Below, piece after piece: positions 25,641 through 37,674 of a DNA stretch of 64,000 nucleotides (its first letter is position 1; every line of letters starts with the position of its first letter). Origin of the DNA: Mobula birostris (taxonomy: Eukaryota); contig NC_092400.1 of assembly GCF_030028105.1 (NCBI RefSeq), positions 17,918,001 through 17,982,000 of the forward strand, written 5' to 3'. A model generated the notes under the pieces. The model saw only the letters and a program-made list of their open reading frames with translations, was not told where the DNA came from and searched no databases. A program made the position numbers and the translations under genes.

Positions 25641-27071
25641 CCATTAGTGTACTGAAGGGAAAAAATAGGTAAAAAGATTAAATGAAGGGCATATCAGGGT
25701 GAATAAACTATATGGAGAAGGGAAATGTGACCATTGCGCTGAGCCGACAGGGACCCTTTATGCTAAATGGATTCATCTTCCATGGTAACAATTATTAATC
25801 GGTATTTGGTTAATTACTGTCAGATGGGCTGAGGTACAGTGTTAAGGTTTGTTTTGCATGCCTTTCATACAATTCATTCCAAACGTAAGTACATCGAGGT
25901 AGTTAAAAATATATAAAGCAATGACAGAATTCTCCAGGAGGGCCACAACCTTGTCATTGGGTTTGGACACTTGTGTGTCTCAATGATCAGGAGGGCTACG
26001 TTGGCTACAGTCAGGGCATTATGCTTTGGTTCCTGGTAGGGTCAACCACGCCAAACAGGACAAAGTGTCAAGGCCAGACTAAGACCGGTCCTCCAGGTTC
26101 AGGGGTTCAGCTCAGGGCTAACAACCCAGACTGGTCAAAAAGATTGTTATGGAAACAGCAATGAGGAATCCTTTTATATCTGTGTGCAACAATATGGACA
26201 GACAGAGATGGAAGATCTTCATTGCTGCCCTAAATGCCAATGATGCAAGTCAGTAATGACTGAATCAAGAATGTAGTGTTTAATTTACAGAGAAAGTACA
26301 GTGCAGGTAGACCAATGCAATACAACGGCCTAGATGAGATAGACCGGCAAATCAGGAGGTCTTTATCACAGCAGAGGTCCATTCAAGACATGGATGTTGT
26401 CTTTGGGCCTACTGGTACATGTTCTCAAGTTTTTGTACCTTCTGCCTAATGAAAGGAAGAAGAAGAAAGAAAGACCAGATGAGAGGAGCCTTTGATTATG
26501 TTGGTAGTGGAAAATGTCGACAGGGTCAGGGGATTGGAGGCTGAAATACCAACAAGTTCACATACATTGTCAAAAACTTTGTAGCAGGATTCTGCGGTAG
26601 AAGTTACAGGCGTAACAAAAAGACTATTAACCAGAACATTGACCTCTGGATCTCCCCCTTGAACATAGGAGCAGAATTTCAGACTGTTACTGCTCTTGAT
26701 GCCAAGGGATATTTGGCTTGGAATGGAACAAGGAATGTTTTTCAGCTCTTAATGATTTAATTTTGTGCTATATAAAACAGGAAATGGTGGAAATACTCAG
26801 CAGGTCAGGCAGTAGCTGAGGAAAGAGAAATAGCATGGTACTCTTCTCTCAGCTGGTACATGCTAGCATGGCAGCAATGGTCTATCAGTCATGTATGGAA
26901 TTCTGTTAATCCCAAGAAAAGAATCATATTGCCCCAAGGAACAACAACCATTGGTCACTGCTGAAACAATAGATTTCTTAGTGCTTTCTTGCCTATGCAC
27001 CTGATCTGGGCAAAGGGATCGTTTGGGTCAGATCCCAGGCAAATACCAGGAAACTGACCCAGGAAGATCAC

Positions 27072-27740
27072 TCACAAGAGAAACTCTGCAGATGCTGAAA
27101 ATCAAAGTAACACACACAAAATGCTGGAGGAACTCAGCAGGCCAGGCAGCATCTATAGAAAAGAGTAAACAGTCGACGTTTTGGGGCCGAGACCCTTCAT
27201 CAGGGCTGGGCAAAAGAGATTAGGAGCCAGAGTAAGAAGGTGGGGGGTGGAGAGGAATAAGTACAAGGTAGTAGGTGATAGGTGAAACCAGGAGAGGGGG
27301 AGGAGTTAAGTAAAGAGCTGGTAAGTCAATTGGTAAAAGAGATAAAGTGCTGGAGAAGAAGGAATCTGATAGGAGAGGACATAAGGCCATGGAAGAAAGG
27401 GAAGAGAGAGGAGCACCAGAGGGAGGTGATGGGCAGGTAAGGAGATAAGAGGGAAATGGGAATGGGGAATAGTGAAGGATAAGGGTGGGGGACCAATTAC
27501 CAGAAGTTCGAGAAATTGACGTTCATGCCATCAGGTTGGAGGCTACCCATACAGGAGGTGTTGCTCCTCCAAGCCTCATCACAGCAGTAGAGGAAGACTG
27601 ACATGTTAGAATGGGAATGGGAAATGGGTGGCCACTGGGAGATCCAACTTTTACTAGCAGACAGAGGTTAGCTGTTCAATGTAGCAGTCTCACAATCTAT
27701 GTCAGGTCTCACCGATACACAGGAGGCCACACTGGGAGCA
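27072..27740 (-). mobile_element. Penelope 3' fragment with inactivated hammerhead
   Basis: Homologous to 34907-35480. CTGATGA is retained but GAAA is changed to AAAA at ~27171-27207. Confidence 0.8.
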
Positions 27741-28156
27741 CATAAAGATCACTTTAATTTTTGTAATGTAACCTTGGATCACTACCACCACCCTACTACC
27801 AGTATGTCAGAACCTGCCCCATTAACAGCATCCCAAACCCACCCCATGGGCCTAGCAAATGAACCTAGGTCTGTTCCTACATATCTTCACCCAGAGCAAT
27901 CCTACTCAGCCAAGACCCCATTCTTAGCCAAAATCAAGCCATTTGAGACTGTGACTGCCCACTGGATCTATATGATTGCATTAATCAGAACTATTCTTGG
28001 GGATTGAGCAAAAAAGGAAGCTGCAATGCCTTGCGTATATTCCGAGATGTGCAATATTATCATGAACACTGTAATGCAGTGTGTTGAGAACGGAAGGAAA
28101 TGAACAAAGAGGCCTGCAAATAGTGGGGAACCTAAGATTTAGAACAGGAAACACAA

Positions 28157-28370
28157 ATAAAAGTTGCTGGTGAACGCAGCAGGCCAGGCAGCATCTCTAG
28201 GAAGAGGTGCAATCGACGTTTCAGGCCGAGACCCTTCGTCAGGATTAGGGTCTCGGCCTGAAACGTCGACTGCTCCTCTTCCTAGAGATGCTGCCTGGCC
28301 TGCTGCGTTCACCAGCAACTTTTATGTGTGTTGCTTGAATTTCCAGCATCTGCAGAATTCCTGTTGTTTG
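28157..28370. mobile_element. Palindromic mini-Penelope end (79-bp inverted arms)
   Basis: Arms 28157-28235 and 28247-28325 differ at 2 positions. Sequence is the Penelope 3' terminus. Confidence 0.88.
28210..28247 (-). ncRNA. Minimal type I hammerhead ribozyme
   Basis: Minus strand reads UAAUC-CUGACGA-A-GGGUCUCGGCCU-GAAA-C-GUC^-GAUUG, with an intact core and paired stem I. Confidence 0.7.
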
Positions 28371-28689
28371 CATTTAGAACAGGATGGGAGTTCCAGTGTA
28401 CCAAATTGATCAGTATCTGTGACAAGTTTGAGGTGGCATCCAGGACCAGATTCAACTGCTTGAAGAGTGGGACCAAGCTCTCCGGTAACTGGCCCAACCG
28501 ATCCAGTGTCCCCTTCCCCGTTAGGCCCGACTACTTGAAGGTTGATGGGGATCTGGTTTGGAGGGGCCAACTCACATAACAAGAGTTGCTGGAGTAGATT
28601 GAGAAGGTAAAACATAAACTGGATTTGTGGTAGTGCCATGCTCTGTCAATAACTGGGATGAACTTGGTCATCATGTGCAATACGCCCTC

Positions 28690-29885
28690 AGGGCTGCTGT
28701 ATTTGGCACAGGGTGTGGCCTCTCCTTCACCCCTCTGTCTCAGTAATCACTTAGGACATCTCTCAATTTTTCTGGGAGTCCAAGATGGAGTGGGTGTGCT
28801 AGGTCACAATGCTCAAGTTCCCTGGGAATAGAGGCAAAAGTGCACCTCGTGTTGCCCTCATGCTGATGACCATTTTCATCTGTGTGTGGACCCAAAGTAC
28901 AGGGGCACAGAAGATCCCTTGTGCTGAGGATCTACTTGTACCCGGTGTCGCGGACAATATGTTTATCTCCTCTGCTGTACAACTCCCCAGTCAGCCCAAC
29001 CTTGTCGCCACACTGCCTGACCTTTATGGGAAAAGTACTTCCAAGTAAATGCCTTTGACCACAAGTCCATCTGGCAGTGGTCAGCACGGGACATCCTGCA
29101 GGCGCTGTGGGTCAGGGATGCTCTGCAGTCTGTGGGCTTGTTCTGTAAGCAAATGGGCCAACCCATGCACCTGACCAACAAGCACCAATTCCACACCTGG
29201 CTGGTGGTGAGAGGAGGCCTTCCAGTCAGGAGGTTCCTCTGCAGACGACCTATCACCTCCAACACACACTGTCCTTGGGGTGGATGTGGCGGGGAAGAGA
29301 CAGTCACCCATCTCCTTGCAGACTGTGGATTTGTTAAGAGGGTATGGAGAAAGATGCAAGAATCTGTGTCCTGGTCCATCCAGCTCCCAGCAGCCTGCAT
29401 GTAAGAAGTCTCCCCGATTTACAAACCGCTCTCTGGGACACACACCAAAACAAGCATCAACTGCCCTGCAAGGTCATTACCTCAGTGGAGATAAAGATCC
29501 TACAGTCTTTCCCGAAACTTGTCGGTCGCCCAGCACAGTGAGACGGCTGTAAGGGAACGCCGCCGACTGGCTCAGCCCTGGCTGCAGCAGTATGTGCTGA
29601 GATCAAGGCAGCCAAGGCTAAGGCACTATGGGGAAGGGCCCTTCTGCCACCACATACGGAGAGGCAGAAATGAGTGGAGAAGACCCTCGGACAGAAAAAG
29701 GGTATCACCCCAGGAAGCCACGTGAGGGGTAATGGTGTGATTTTTTTTTGGTGTCTTTTTCTTCATAGTTTACGCTGCTGAATGTACAAATCACAAATGT
29801 AAAAGGTCTTTTTTCACTGTTTATTCCTTTGTACTGTATGTAATTTATATCATGATTAAAGTTCCATTTTTTTGAAATACAATAA
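28690..29885 (+). mobile_element. Tx1-type LINE ORF2 3' fragment
   Basis: WLVVRGGLPVRRFL..CPWGGCGGEETVTHLLADC..RVW C-terminal zinc motif; A/T-rich tail. Confidence 0.75.
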
Positions 29886-30715
29886 AACATTACAAGTTAT
29901 AAAGAGCACAAAGATCGTCAAGCACAGAATGGAATGGGGGAGGATTGGGGGTGGGTGTCACATCTCATGTGCCTGGTGATGAAAGCATCTGAAGAACAGA
30001 TTTGAGTTAATTCATTGCAATGTCTAAGCCTAGTCAAAATGCTAGGTCTACTTCAACAAAATATAATTCTGTACGCAATAGGAAAAAGGACAGCAGTATT
30101 TCCTCATTTACAGTTCCCCAGCTGTACTGCTAAAACTTGACTATCACTAGTTCACGCTTTAACATTTTGAGACACTTATTACGGAGGCAGTCCCTTGGGA
30201 TTGAGAAGACTGGCTCTGAGAAGAGGTAGCTAATGAGGCTAAGATGCCAACAGCAGACTCTTCCACAATCAGGGCAGACGAGTGGGTAGCAGTGCACTCC
30301 TTCCCCAACTTACACAGGGCCTCCATGTGCTCCTGATCTGCCCTGGGTCCTGGGCCAGAGATGGGGTCAGTGGGGAAGCAAGTGCAGGAGCCGGCCAGAT
30401 TCGAACCTGGGACCACTGGCCTTGAAGGCCAGTGCTGATGCCACTACACTGTCGGACGGCAATGGCACTATACAGTCATGCTGTTAATAAGTACTGCTTG
30501 ACATCCCCAACACTCTGCTGCTGATTGCCAAGTGCATATTCGGCTGGACCAGCATTGCTCTGCTTTGCACTTAATTGAGTAACGTTACATTGAACTAATT
30601 AAATATCAATAAGAACAGTGCAATTTGGTGAAAGAATAGGCGAGAACTGTATGAAAAATATATTGGAATTAAATGAAAGCAGCATGGTTGAGAAGGAGCA
30701 ACCTTAATCATGTAC

Positions 30716-30960
30716 AGTCATAGAAAAATACAGCTGAGAAGCAGGCCTTTCTGTGCTGAATCATTTAAAATGCATACTCCCATTGACCTGCAACTGGACC
30801 CATAGCCATCCATACCCCTACCATCCATGTACCTACCAAACTTCTCTTGAACATTGAAATCAAGCTCACATGCATCACTTGTGCTGGAAGCTTGTTCCGC
30901 ACTCTCACACCCTCTGAGTGAAGAAGTTCTCCCACCCCCCTCCCATACTCCCCGTAAACT
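30716..30960 (-). mobile_element. CR1 3' end fragment
   Basis: Typical CR1 terminus (..GRYMDGRGMDGY); similar to 42320-42548. Confidence 0.65.
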
Positions 30961-31009
30961 CAGTGACATTTCTAGCTCCTGCTGAAATGGTCCCTTTATC
31001 AGTCACTCT

Positions 31010-31558
31010 CCACCACCGAGCACATCTACAAGATGCACTGCCACACTAAAGCAGCATCCATCATCTAGGACCCCAACCAGAGAGGGCATCCTCACTTCTC
31101 GCAGCTACCATTGGGAAGAATGTGCAGGAGCCTTAGGTCCCATACCGCCAGGTTCAGGAACAGTTAGTACACTTCAAGCACTGGGCTCCTGGACCAGCGT
31201 GGATAACTTCACCCACCTCAGCTCTGAACTGTTTCCACAACCTATAGACTCACTTTCAAGCACTCTACAACTCCTGTTCTCATTTACATACCTACTTCTT
31301 AATTTGTCTATTTAGTTATTTATCTATTTATTTATCCATCTATCCATTTGTTTAACCAATTAAATGGTTGTTTAATTACAATGCCGACTTTCTTTGCAGT
31401 CGCACATTGATTGTTGGTCAATCTTTGTGTGAAGCTTGTCATTGATTCTATTTAATCTCTTTGTTCTACCGTGAGCACCTGCAAGAAAATGAATCTCAGC
31501 AGCATACGGTGACATACAGGTATTTTGCTAATAAATTTACTTTGAACGTTGAACTTTA
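31010..31558 (+). mobile_element. Rex1-type LINE 3' fragment
   Basis: Degenerate KAASII.DP.HP..QLP.GR motif; aataaatttactttgaac(ttgaac) tail. Confidence 0.7.
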
Positions 31559-31748
31559 AAAGGATTTAAACAGATACGCGCAACATCGAGACTTAATCAC
31601 AGTTCGTTTCAGAACAGGTTAGGACCGAGCCACTTCTTGACAAAACGTGCATGATTGCGTGGTTTTGCACTAAATCACAGGTTATCATTGAGCTACATAA
31701 TCTGGGAAGAAGAATCGATATTACACAGCAGAATCGAACTGCAGGCGA

Positions 31749-32768
31749 TCAGAGGAAAACTGCCGAGCTCAGGTGTCGATCCGTAGACGGCTCTGCCTTC
31801 GATTCTCGGGGCTCCATTTCCTGATCGGTTGTTGATTTGGAAAAGCTGACATTAAGGGGGCCCAAAGCTTTCCTCAAGGCACCTTTAAACGCAGAACTTG
31901 AAAAGTAGTAGATAACTGGATCGACCACACTGTTCAGATATGTCATGAATAATGTATTATAAAATATATTAACTGCCCTGATATATGACTGGCAATCTTC
32001 ATCACTTCTAAGCCTTGTGATTAAAACGGCGACCACAGCAACATTAGTGGGCAGGAAACAAAATATGAAAACTGCCGTCACGGCGATCACAAGCTTAATC
32101 GCTCGCTTATATTTACCCCTTAAGTCACTGTCCATCTGTCTTAACTTCCAGATGATGCAGGAGGTAGAGAACAGAATCACCGTAACCGGTAACACAAACT
32201 TAAATATTATAAAAACCACATCAGTCCAAATTGCTGTGGGATTCATGGGGTAGTTTATGTTGAAAGGCTCACAGAACGTGACATTCCTTTGGATGAAGTC
32301 GTGACTTTCTATCAACAAGTGCAAACAAATCGTCACTGCCACAATCCAAAGGACGATTGCTATCTTCACCGCACACCTTGGAGTTGCCTTGTTTGCTTTG
32401 TGGAGCGGATGGACCACCTTAAAATAGCGATCAATCGCTATGATCATAAGGAAAATGATGCTGCCGACGCGGTTTAAGGAAATCATGAATATGTTCAGGC
32501 GACAGAAGACATCACCAAAAATCCAATCCTTGTCATATATGTAGTAGGTGGCTCGGAACGGAAGACAGCTGATTAGCAGAGTGTCCGCAATTGCCAAGTT
32601 CAGAGAATACACCGTGTTTGGCTTCCAGCTCTTCACATGGAAGCAGTAGATCCACAAAGCAATCGCATTTCCAATGAATCCCAGGATGCATGTTATAATA
32701 ATTACTGGCGAATTGTACGTCGAACTGGAATCGTCAACGGGAGTACAGCGGGGGGCCATGTTCTCCAT
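31749..32768 (-). CDS. Hydroxycarboxylic acid receptor-like GPCR (HCAR family), paralog A, 339 aa, intronless CDS
   Basis: Seven TM segments: GNxxA, LAIAD, LPFR, WIFGD, NRVGS (Arg3.36), DRYFKVVHP, CFLP, TYLNSVVDPVIYYFSS. First ATG is at 32768 in ACAATGG context; the track start at 32804 is TTG. Confidence 0.93.
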   Translation of the reverse strand: MENMAPRCTPVDDSSSTYNSPVIIITCILGFIGNAIALWIYCFHVKSWKPNTVYSLNLAIADTLLISCLPFRATYYIYDKDWIFGDVFCRLNIFMISLNRVGSIIFLMIIAIDRYFKVVHPLHKANKATPRCAVKIAIVLWIVAVTICLHLLIESHDFIQRNVTFCEPFNINYPMNPTAIWTDVVFIIFKFVLPVTVILFSTSCIIWKLRQMDSDLRGKYKRAIKLVIAVTAVFIFCFLPTNVAVVAVLITRLRSDEDCQSYIRAVNIFYNTLFMTYLNSVVDPVIYYFSSSAFKGALRKALGPLNVSFSKSTTDQEMEPRESKAEPSTDRHLSSAVFL

Positions 32769-32834
32769 TGTAAAAGTACTCCAGTAACTTCCGTTACATT
32801 GCAATAAAACGTTTTACTTAACTGAAAGATAGGC

Positions 32835-32900
32835 AAATTTATACACTTTCTCTAGATTACGTCATGTCACATGACGGGGTTAACAAAATTGGGGAAGTAC
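32835..32900 (-). promoter_or_regulatory. Candidate proximal promoter of paralog A
   Basis: TATAAA (32843-32838), TTACGTCA (32857-32864), GTCACATGAC E-box (32866-32875) and GGGGAAGT ETS motif (32891-32898), all within 130 bp of the ATG. Confidence 0.55.
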
Positions 32901-32917
32901 GGGATTTGTAAACTTAC

Positions 32918-33881
32918 TGTCACGAACCCCGTGACGGGAATAAAGAACCAGCAGAGATGGAAAACACTTTGGAATCCAGTATTGCTATAAACTAATAATA
33001 TTTATTAGTAACTACGCAATACAGTAATATAAATGTAGATAAATCAAATAGGTTAGCAATGATTATATATATAAGTAAGTATATCAGTAAGTGTGGAAAT
33101 GTATGTATGAAAAACCCAGCTTCTTCCAGTCTAGAGGTAAAAAGATGATGAGTAAAGTTCAGTTCAGTTCAGTTCGTGGTATTGAGTTGAGTAGTGATGG
33201 AGAGAGCGAGAGAGGGAGCGAGAGAGAGAGCGAGATCAGAGTCTTCAGGTGAGCTGACGCCGTCGATCTTCTCGTTGTCCTTCGAAATCCTTTAAAAGTC
33301 ACCGACTGTGACTTTAACAAAGGGGACCGGTTTTCTGTGGTGGAGCTATCCCCCAGGCGAGGGTGGACACATGGACAACTCCCCACCAGTCAACTCCTTT
33401 TCCTTCTTTCCACTGCAAGAGCGATGGATCGATCCGCCTGATCAATCCTCCAAAACCCACCTTTTCTGCGGGCACAACAGTGCTCATTCAGTGTCCAGAT
33501 CATGTGCCCAAGGTCTGTATCATCTGACCTCCCATTTTATCTTCCCGTACTGAGCATCAACTGTCACTCAAACAACTCCTCCTTCCTGTCTCTGTGAAAG
33601 AAAAGCAATCAGTCCAAAAATCCTTGAAGAAAGTGTCAACAACCTGCCGAAAATCATAACATCGAGTGTCCATTAAATTGCGCGGCCTTCGGTCACCATG
33701 GCAACTTACGAGCTGCTCGGTGCTGTCTCCACTTCAGCAGAAATCCAACAGTTAACCAGTTCTTAAAGTGACAGTCTAACAGTTAGTCTTCGTCTCTCTC
33801 TCTCTTTTACAAACAAAATAACTCTCTCTCTCTCTCTTTTCAAAAGTACAGTTAATATGGGTACTTCAGGATCCTCTCACA
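32918..33881 (-). mobile_element. Solo LTR (~960 bp)
   Basis: TGTCAC...CACA ends; TTAC on both flanks; homologous to 58895-59827; minus-strand AATAAA near its left end. Confidence 0.85.
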
Positions 33882-33920
33882 TTACTGAGAAAAAAAATTC
33901 AAAGATACCATATGATTGAA

Positions 33921-33971
33921 TATGCATGAGGTAGAGAACAGAGTAACAGTAACCGGTAAGCCAAATTTAAA
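33921..33971 (-). pseudogene. HCAR-like TM5 relic
   Basis: Translates FKFGLPVTVTLFSTSCI, versus FKFVLPVTVILFSTSCI in paralog A (15/17 identical). Confidence 0.75.
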
Positions 33972-34106
33972 CTGTTCTCCACACGCAAATTGATCTCTTT
34001 GGGATCAAATTTAATGAATAAAAATAATCGTAATGAGAGCATTCACATTCTTATTACACCCATATCAAAACATTAAACCTTATTAGATATTCGGAACTCA
34101 ATAATT

Positions 34107-34310
34107 TGGGGCGGCACTGGAGTGTAGTGGTCAGCACAACGCTTCACAGTACGGGCGACCCAAGTTCAATTCCTGCTGCCGCCTGTAAGGAGTTTGTACG
34201 TTTTGTTTTCCCCGTGACCGCGTGGGCTTCCTCAGGGTGCTCCGGTTTCCTCCCACAGTCCAAAGACCTACCGGTTAGTAGGTTAATTGGTCATTGTAAG
34301 TGGTCCTGTG
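34107..34310 (+). mobile_element. tRNA-derived V-SINE (HE1-like)
   Basis: Box A tggagtgtagtgg, box B agttcaattcc and V-domain gggtgctccggtttcctcccacagtccaaagac. Confidence 0.8.
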
Positions 34311-34959
34311 ATCAGAATCAGAATCAAGTTTATTATCATCAGCACGTGTTGTGAAACTTGTTAACTTAGCAGCAGCAGCACAATTCAGTACATGATACTA
34401 TAGAAAGAAAGAAATAAGTAAATAAATTACAGTGAGTGTGTATATATGTATACTGAATTGATGTAAAATAGTGGAAAACAGAAATATTATATTTTTTTAG
34501 AAGTGTTCATGGGTTCAATGTCCATTTAGGAATCGTATGGCAGAGGGGAAGAAGCAGTTCCTGAATCGCTGAGTGTGTGCCTTCAGGCTTCTGTATCTCC
34601 TATCTGATGGTAACAGTGAGAAAAGGGCATGTCCCGGGTGATTAGTGTCCTTAATAATGAACGTCACCTTTCTGAGGCACCGGTCCTTGAAGATGTTTTG
34701 GGTACTCAGGAGGCAAGTACCCAAGATGGAGCTGATTAATTTTACAACTTTCTGTAGCTTCTTTCGGTCCAGTGTAGAAGCTCCCCCCCTCCCTTTCCAG
34801 ATAGTGATGCAGCCTGTCAACATTCTCTCTATTGGACATCTATGGAGGTTTCTGAGTGTTTTAGCTGACAAACCAAATATCATCAAACTCCTAATGAAAT
34901 ATAGCTTTCAGTACGCTGGATGAACTCAGCAGGTCGGGCAGCATCAGTTAGAAACGATG

Positions 34960-34995
34960 AGTCGACGTTTCGGGCCGGAACCCTTCATCAGGACT
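34960..34995 (-). ncRNA. Minimal type I hammerhead ribozyme (Penelope-associated)
   Basis: AGUC-CUGAUGA-A-GGGUUCCGGCCC-GAAA-C-GUC^-GACU on the minus strand. Confidence 0.8.
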
Positions 34996-36289
34996 GAAGA
35001 ATGAAAGATGGGGAAGGATTTGAAGAATGCTTGTAGCGTCAGTTGAAAGACCAGTAATTTGAAAGGCAAAGGGGTGGGGGAGGGGAAGTATTGACATCAT
35101 AGCCCTGAAAACAATGGGTAGTAGAAGAAGGAGACGGAACCATGAGGGAGCTGGGGGAAGGGGTAGAGTGAAATAGGGATAGAGGAAGGGAGGGGGAGGG
35201 AATTACCAGAAGTTGGAGAATTCTATGTTCATACCAAGGGGCTGGAGACTACCTAGATGGTACATGAGGTGTAGCTCCTCCAACCTGAGTAAGCCTCATT
35301 ATGGCAGTAGAGGAGGCCATGTATAGACATATCTGAATGGGAATGGGAAGCAGAGATGAAGTGGGTAGCTACTGGGAGATCCTCTCTGTTGTGGCAGACG
35401 GAGCGGAGGTGCTCGACGAAGCAGTCCCCCAATCTGCGTCGGGTTTTACCGATGTAGAGGAGGCCGCACCAGGAGCACTGAATGCATTAGGTGACCCCAA
35501 CAGACCCACAAGTGAAGTGTTGTCTCACCTGGAAGGACTGTTTGAGGCCCTGAATTGTTGCAAGAGATGAGGTGTAGCATTTATGCTTACAGTGATAAGT
35601 GCTGGGTTGGAGCTCAGTGGGGTTGGATGTGCAGATAAGGGAGCCACGGAGGGACCGATCCCTGCGGAAAGCGGAGAGGGGTGGAGAGGGAAAGATGTGC
35701 TTAGTGGTGGGGTCCTGTTGAAGGTGGTGGAAGTTGTGGAGGATAATGTGCTGGATCCGGAGGCTGGTGGGGTGGTAGGTAAGGACAAGGGGAACTCTGT
35801 CCCTGTTGTGGTTGCAGGAGGATGGGGTGAGGGCCGAAGTGCAGGAAATGGAGGAGATGCAGGTGATGGCATCATTGATGATGGTAGAAGGGAAACCACG
35901 TTCCTTAAAGAAAGAGGACATTTGAGATGTCCTGGAACGGAAAGCCTCATCCTCGGAGCAGATGCGGTGGAGACAGAGGAACTGGGAATAGGGAATGGCA
36001 CTTTTGCATGTGGCAGGGTGGGAAGAGGTATAGTCGAGGTAGTTATGAGAGTCAGTGGGCTTGTAGAAGATGACAGTGGACAGTCTGTCTCCAAAGATGG
36101 AGACCGAGACATCAAGAAAGGGGAGAGAAGTGTCCGAGATAGAGGAAGTGAATTTGAGGGCTGCGTGGAAGTTTGAAGTCAATGAAATTGACGAGCTCAG
36201 CATGGGTGCAGGAAGCAGCACCAATTTAGTCCTCAATGTACCGAAGGAAAAGTTGGGGAGCAGTACCAGAATAGGTTTGCAGCACAGAC

Positions 36290-37431
36290 CCAGCTACGCC
36301 TGCCTCTTCGTTGGTTATGTGGAACAGTCTGTGCTCCAAACCTATTCTGGTACTGCTCCTCAACTTTTCCTTCGTTACATTGACGACTACATTGATGCTG
36401 CTTCCTGCACCCATGCTGAGCTCGTCAATTTCATCGACTTTACTTCAAACTTCCACGCAGCCCTCAAATTCACTTGGTCTATCTCTGACACTTCTCTCCC
36501 CTTTCTTGATTTCTCAGTCTCCATCTCTGGAGACAGACTGTCCACTGTCATCTTCTACAAGCCCACTGACTCTCATAACTACCTCGACTATACCTCTTCC
36601 CACCCTGCCACATGCAAAAATGCCATTCCCTATTCCCAGTTCCTCCGTCTCCGCCGCATCTGCTCCGAGGATGAGGCTTTCCGTTCCAGGACATCTCAAA
36701 TGTCCTCTTTCTTTAAGGATCGTGGTTTCCCTTGTACCGTCATCAATGATGCCCTCACCCGCATCTCCCCCATTTCCTGCACTTCGGCCCTCACCCCATC
36801 CTCCCACAACCACAACAGGGAGAGAGTTCCCCTTATCTTTACCTACCACCCCACCAGCCTCCGGATCCAGCACATTATCCTCTGCAACTTCCGCCACCTT
36901 CAACAGGATCCCACCAATAAGCACATCTTTCCCTCTCCACCCCTCTCCGCTTTCCGCAAGGATCGGTCCCTCCGTGACTCCCTTATCCGCACGTCCATCC
37001 CCACTGATCTCCAACCCGGCACTTATCCCTGTAAGCGTAAGTGCTACACCTGTCCCTACACCTCATCTCTTGCAACCATTCAGGGCCCCAAACAGTCCTT
37101 CCAGGTGAGACAACACTTCACTTGTGGGTCTGTTGGGGTCATCTATTGCATCCGGTGCTCCCGGTGCGGCTTCCTCTACGTCGGTAAAACCCGACGCAGA
37201 TTGGGGGACCGCTTCGTCGAGCACCTCCACTCCGTCTGCCACAACAGACAGGATCTCCCAGTAGCCACCCACTTCAACTCTGCTTCCCATTCCCATTCAG
37301 GTATGTCCATACATGGCCCCCTCGACTGCCATAATGAGGCTAAACTCAGGTTGGAGGAGCTACACCTCATATACTGTCTAGGTAGTCTCCAGCCCCTTGG
37401 TATGAACATAGAATTCTCCAACTTCTGGTAA
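36290..37431 (+). pseudogene. 5'-truncated Penelope RT plus GIY-YIG endonuclease reading frame (uninterrupted)
   Basis: PSYACLF, LRYIDD, LPFLD, YKPTD..YL, IPYSQFLR and VIYCIRC..LYVGKT motifs. The first ~73 aa of the track ORF come from the inverted arm. Confidence 0.88.
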
Positions 37432-37638
37432 TTCCCTCCCCCTCCCTTCCTCTATCCTTATTTCACTCTACCCCCTCCCCCAGCTCCCTCATGGTTCCGC
37501 CTCCTTCTTCTACTACCCATTGTTTTCAGGACTATGACGTCAATACTTCCCCTCCCCCACCCCTTTGCCTTTCAAATTACTGGTCTTTCAACTGAAGCTA
37601 CAAACATTCTTCAAATCCTTCCCCATCTTTCATTCTTC

Positions 37639-37674
37639 AGTCCTGATGAAGGGTTCCGGCCCGAAACGTCGACT
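37639..37674 (+). ncRNA. Minimal type I hammerhead ribozyme (Penelope-associated)
   Basis: AGTC CTGATGA A GGGTTCCGGCCC GAAAC GTC GACT; predicted cleavage after C37670. Confidence 0.82.

Noticed and set aside
32769-32804. N-terminal extension MQCNGSYWSTFT of paralog A
   Set aside because: Begins at TTG. The first ATG, in strong Kozak context, is at 32768.
34107-34190. tRNA gene
   Set aside because: A and B boxes run into a V-SINE core, with no complete cloverleaf.
36070-36289. N-terminus of the 453-aa ORF as a domesticated fusion gene
   Set aside because: It is the antisense of the inverted arm, and the ORF lacks the N-terminal RT motifs.
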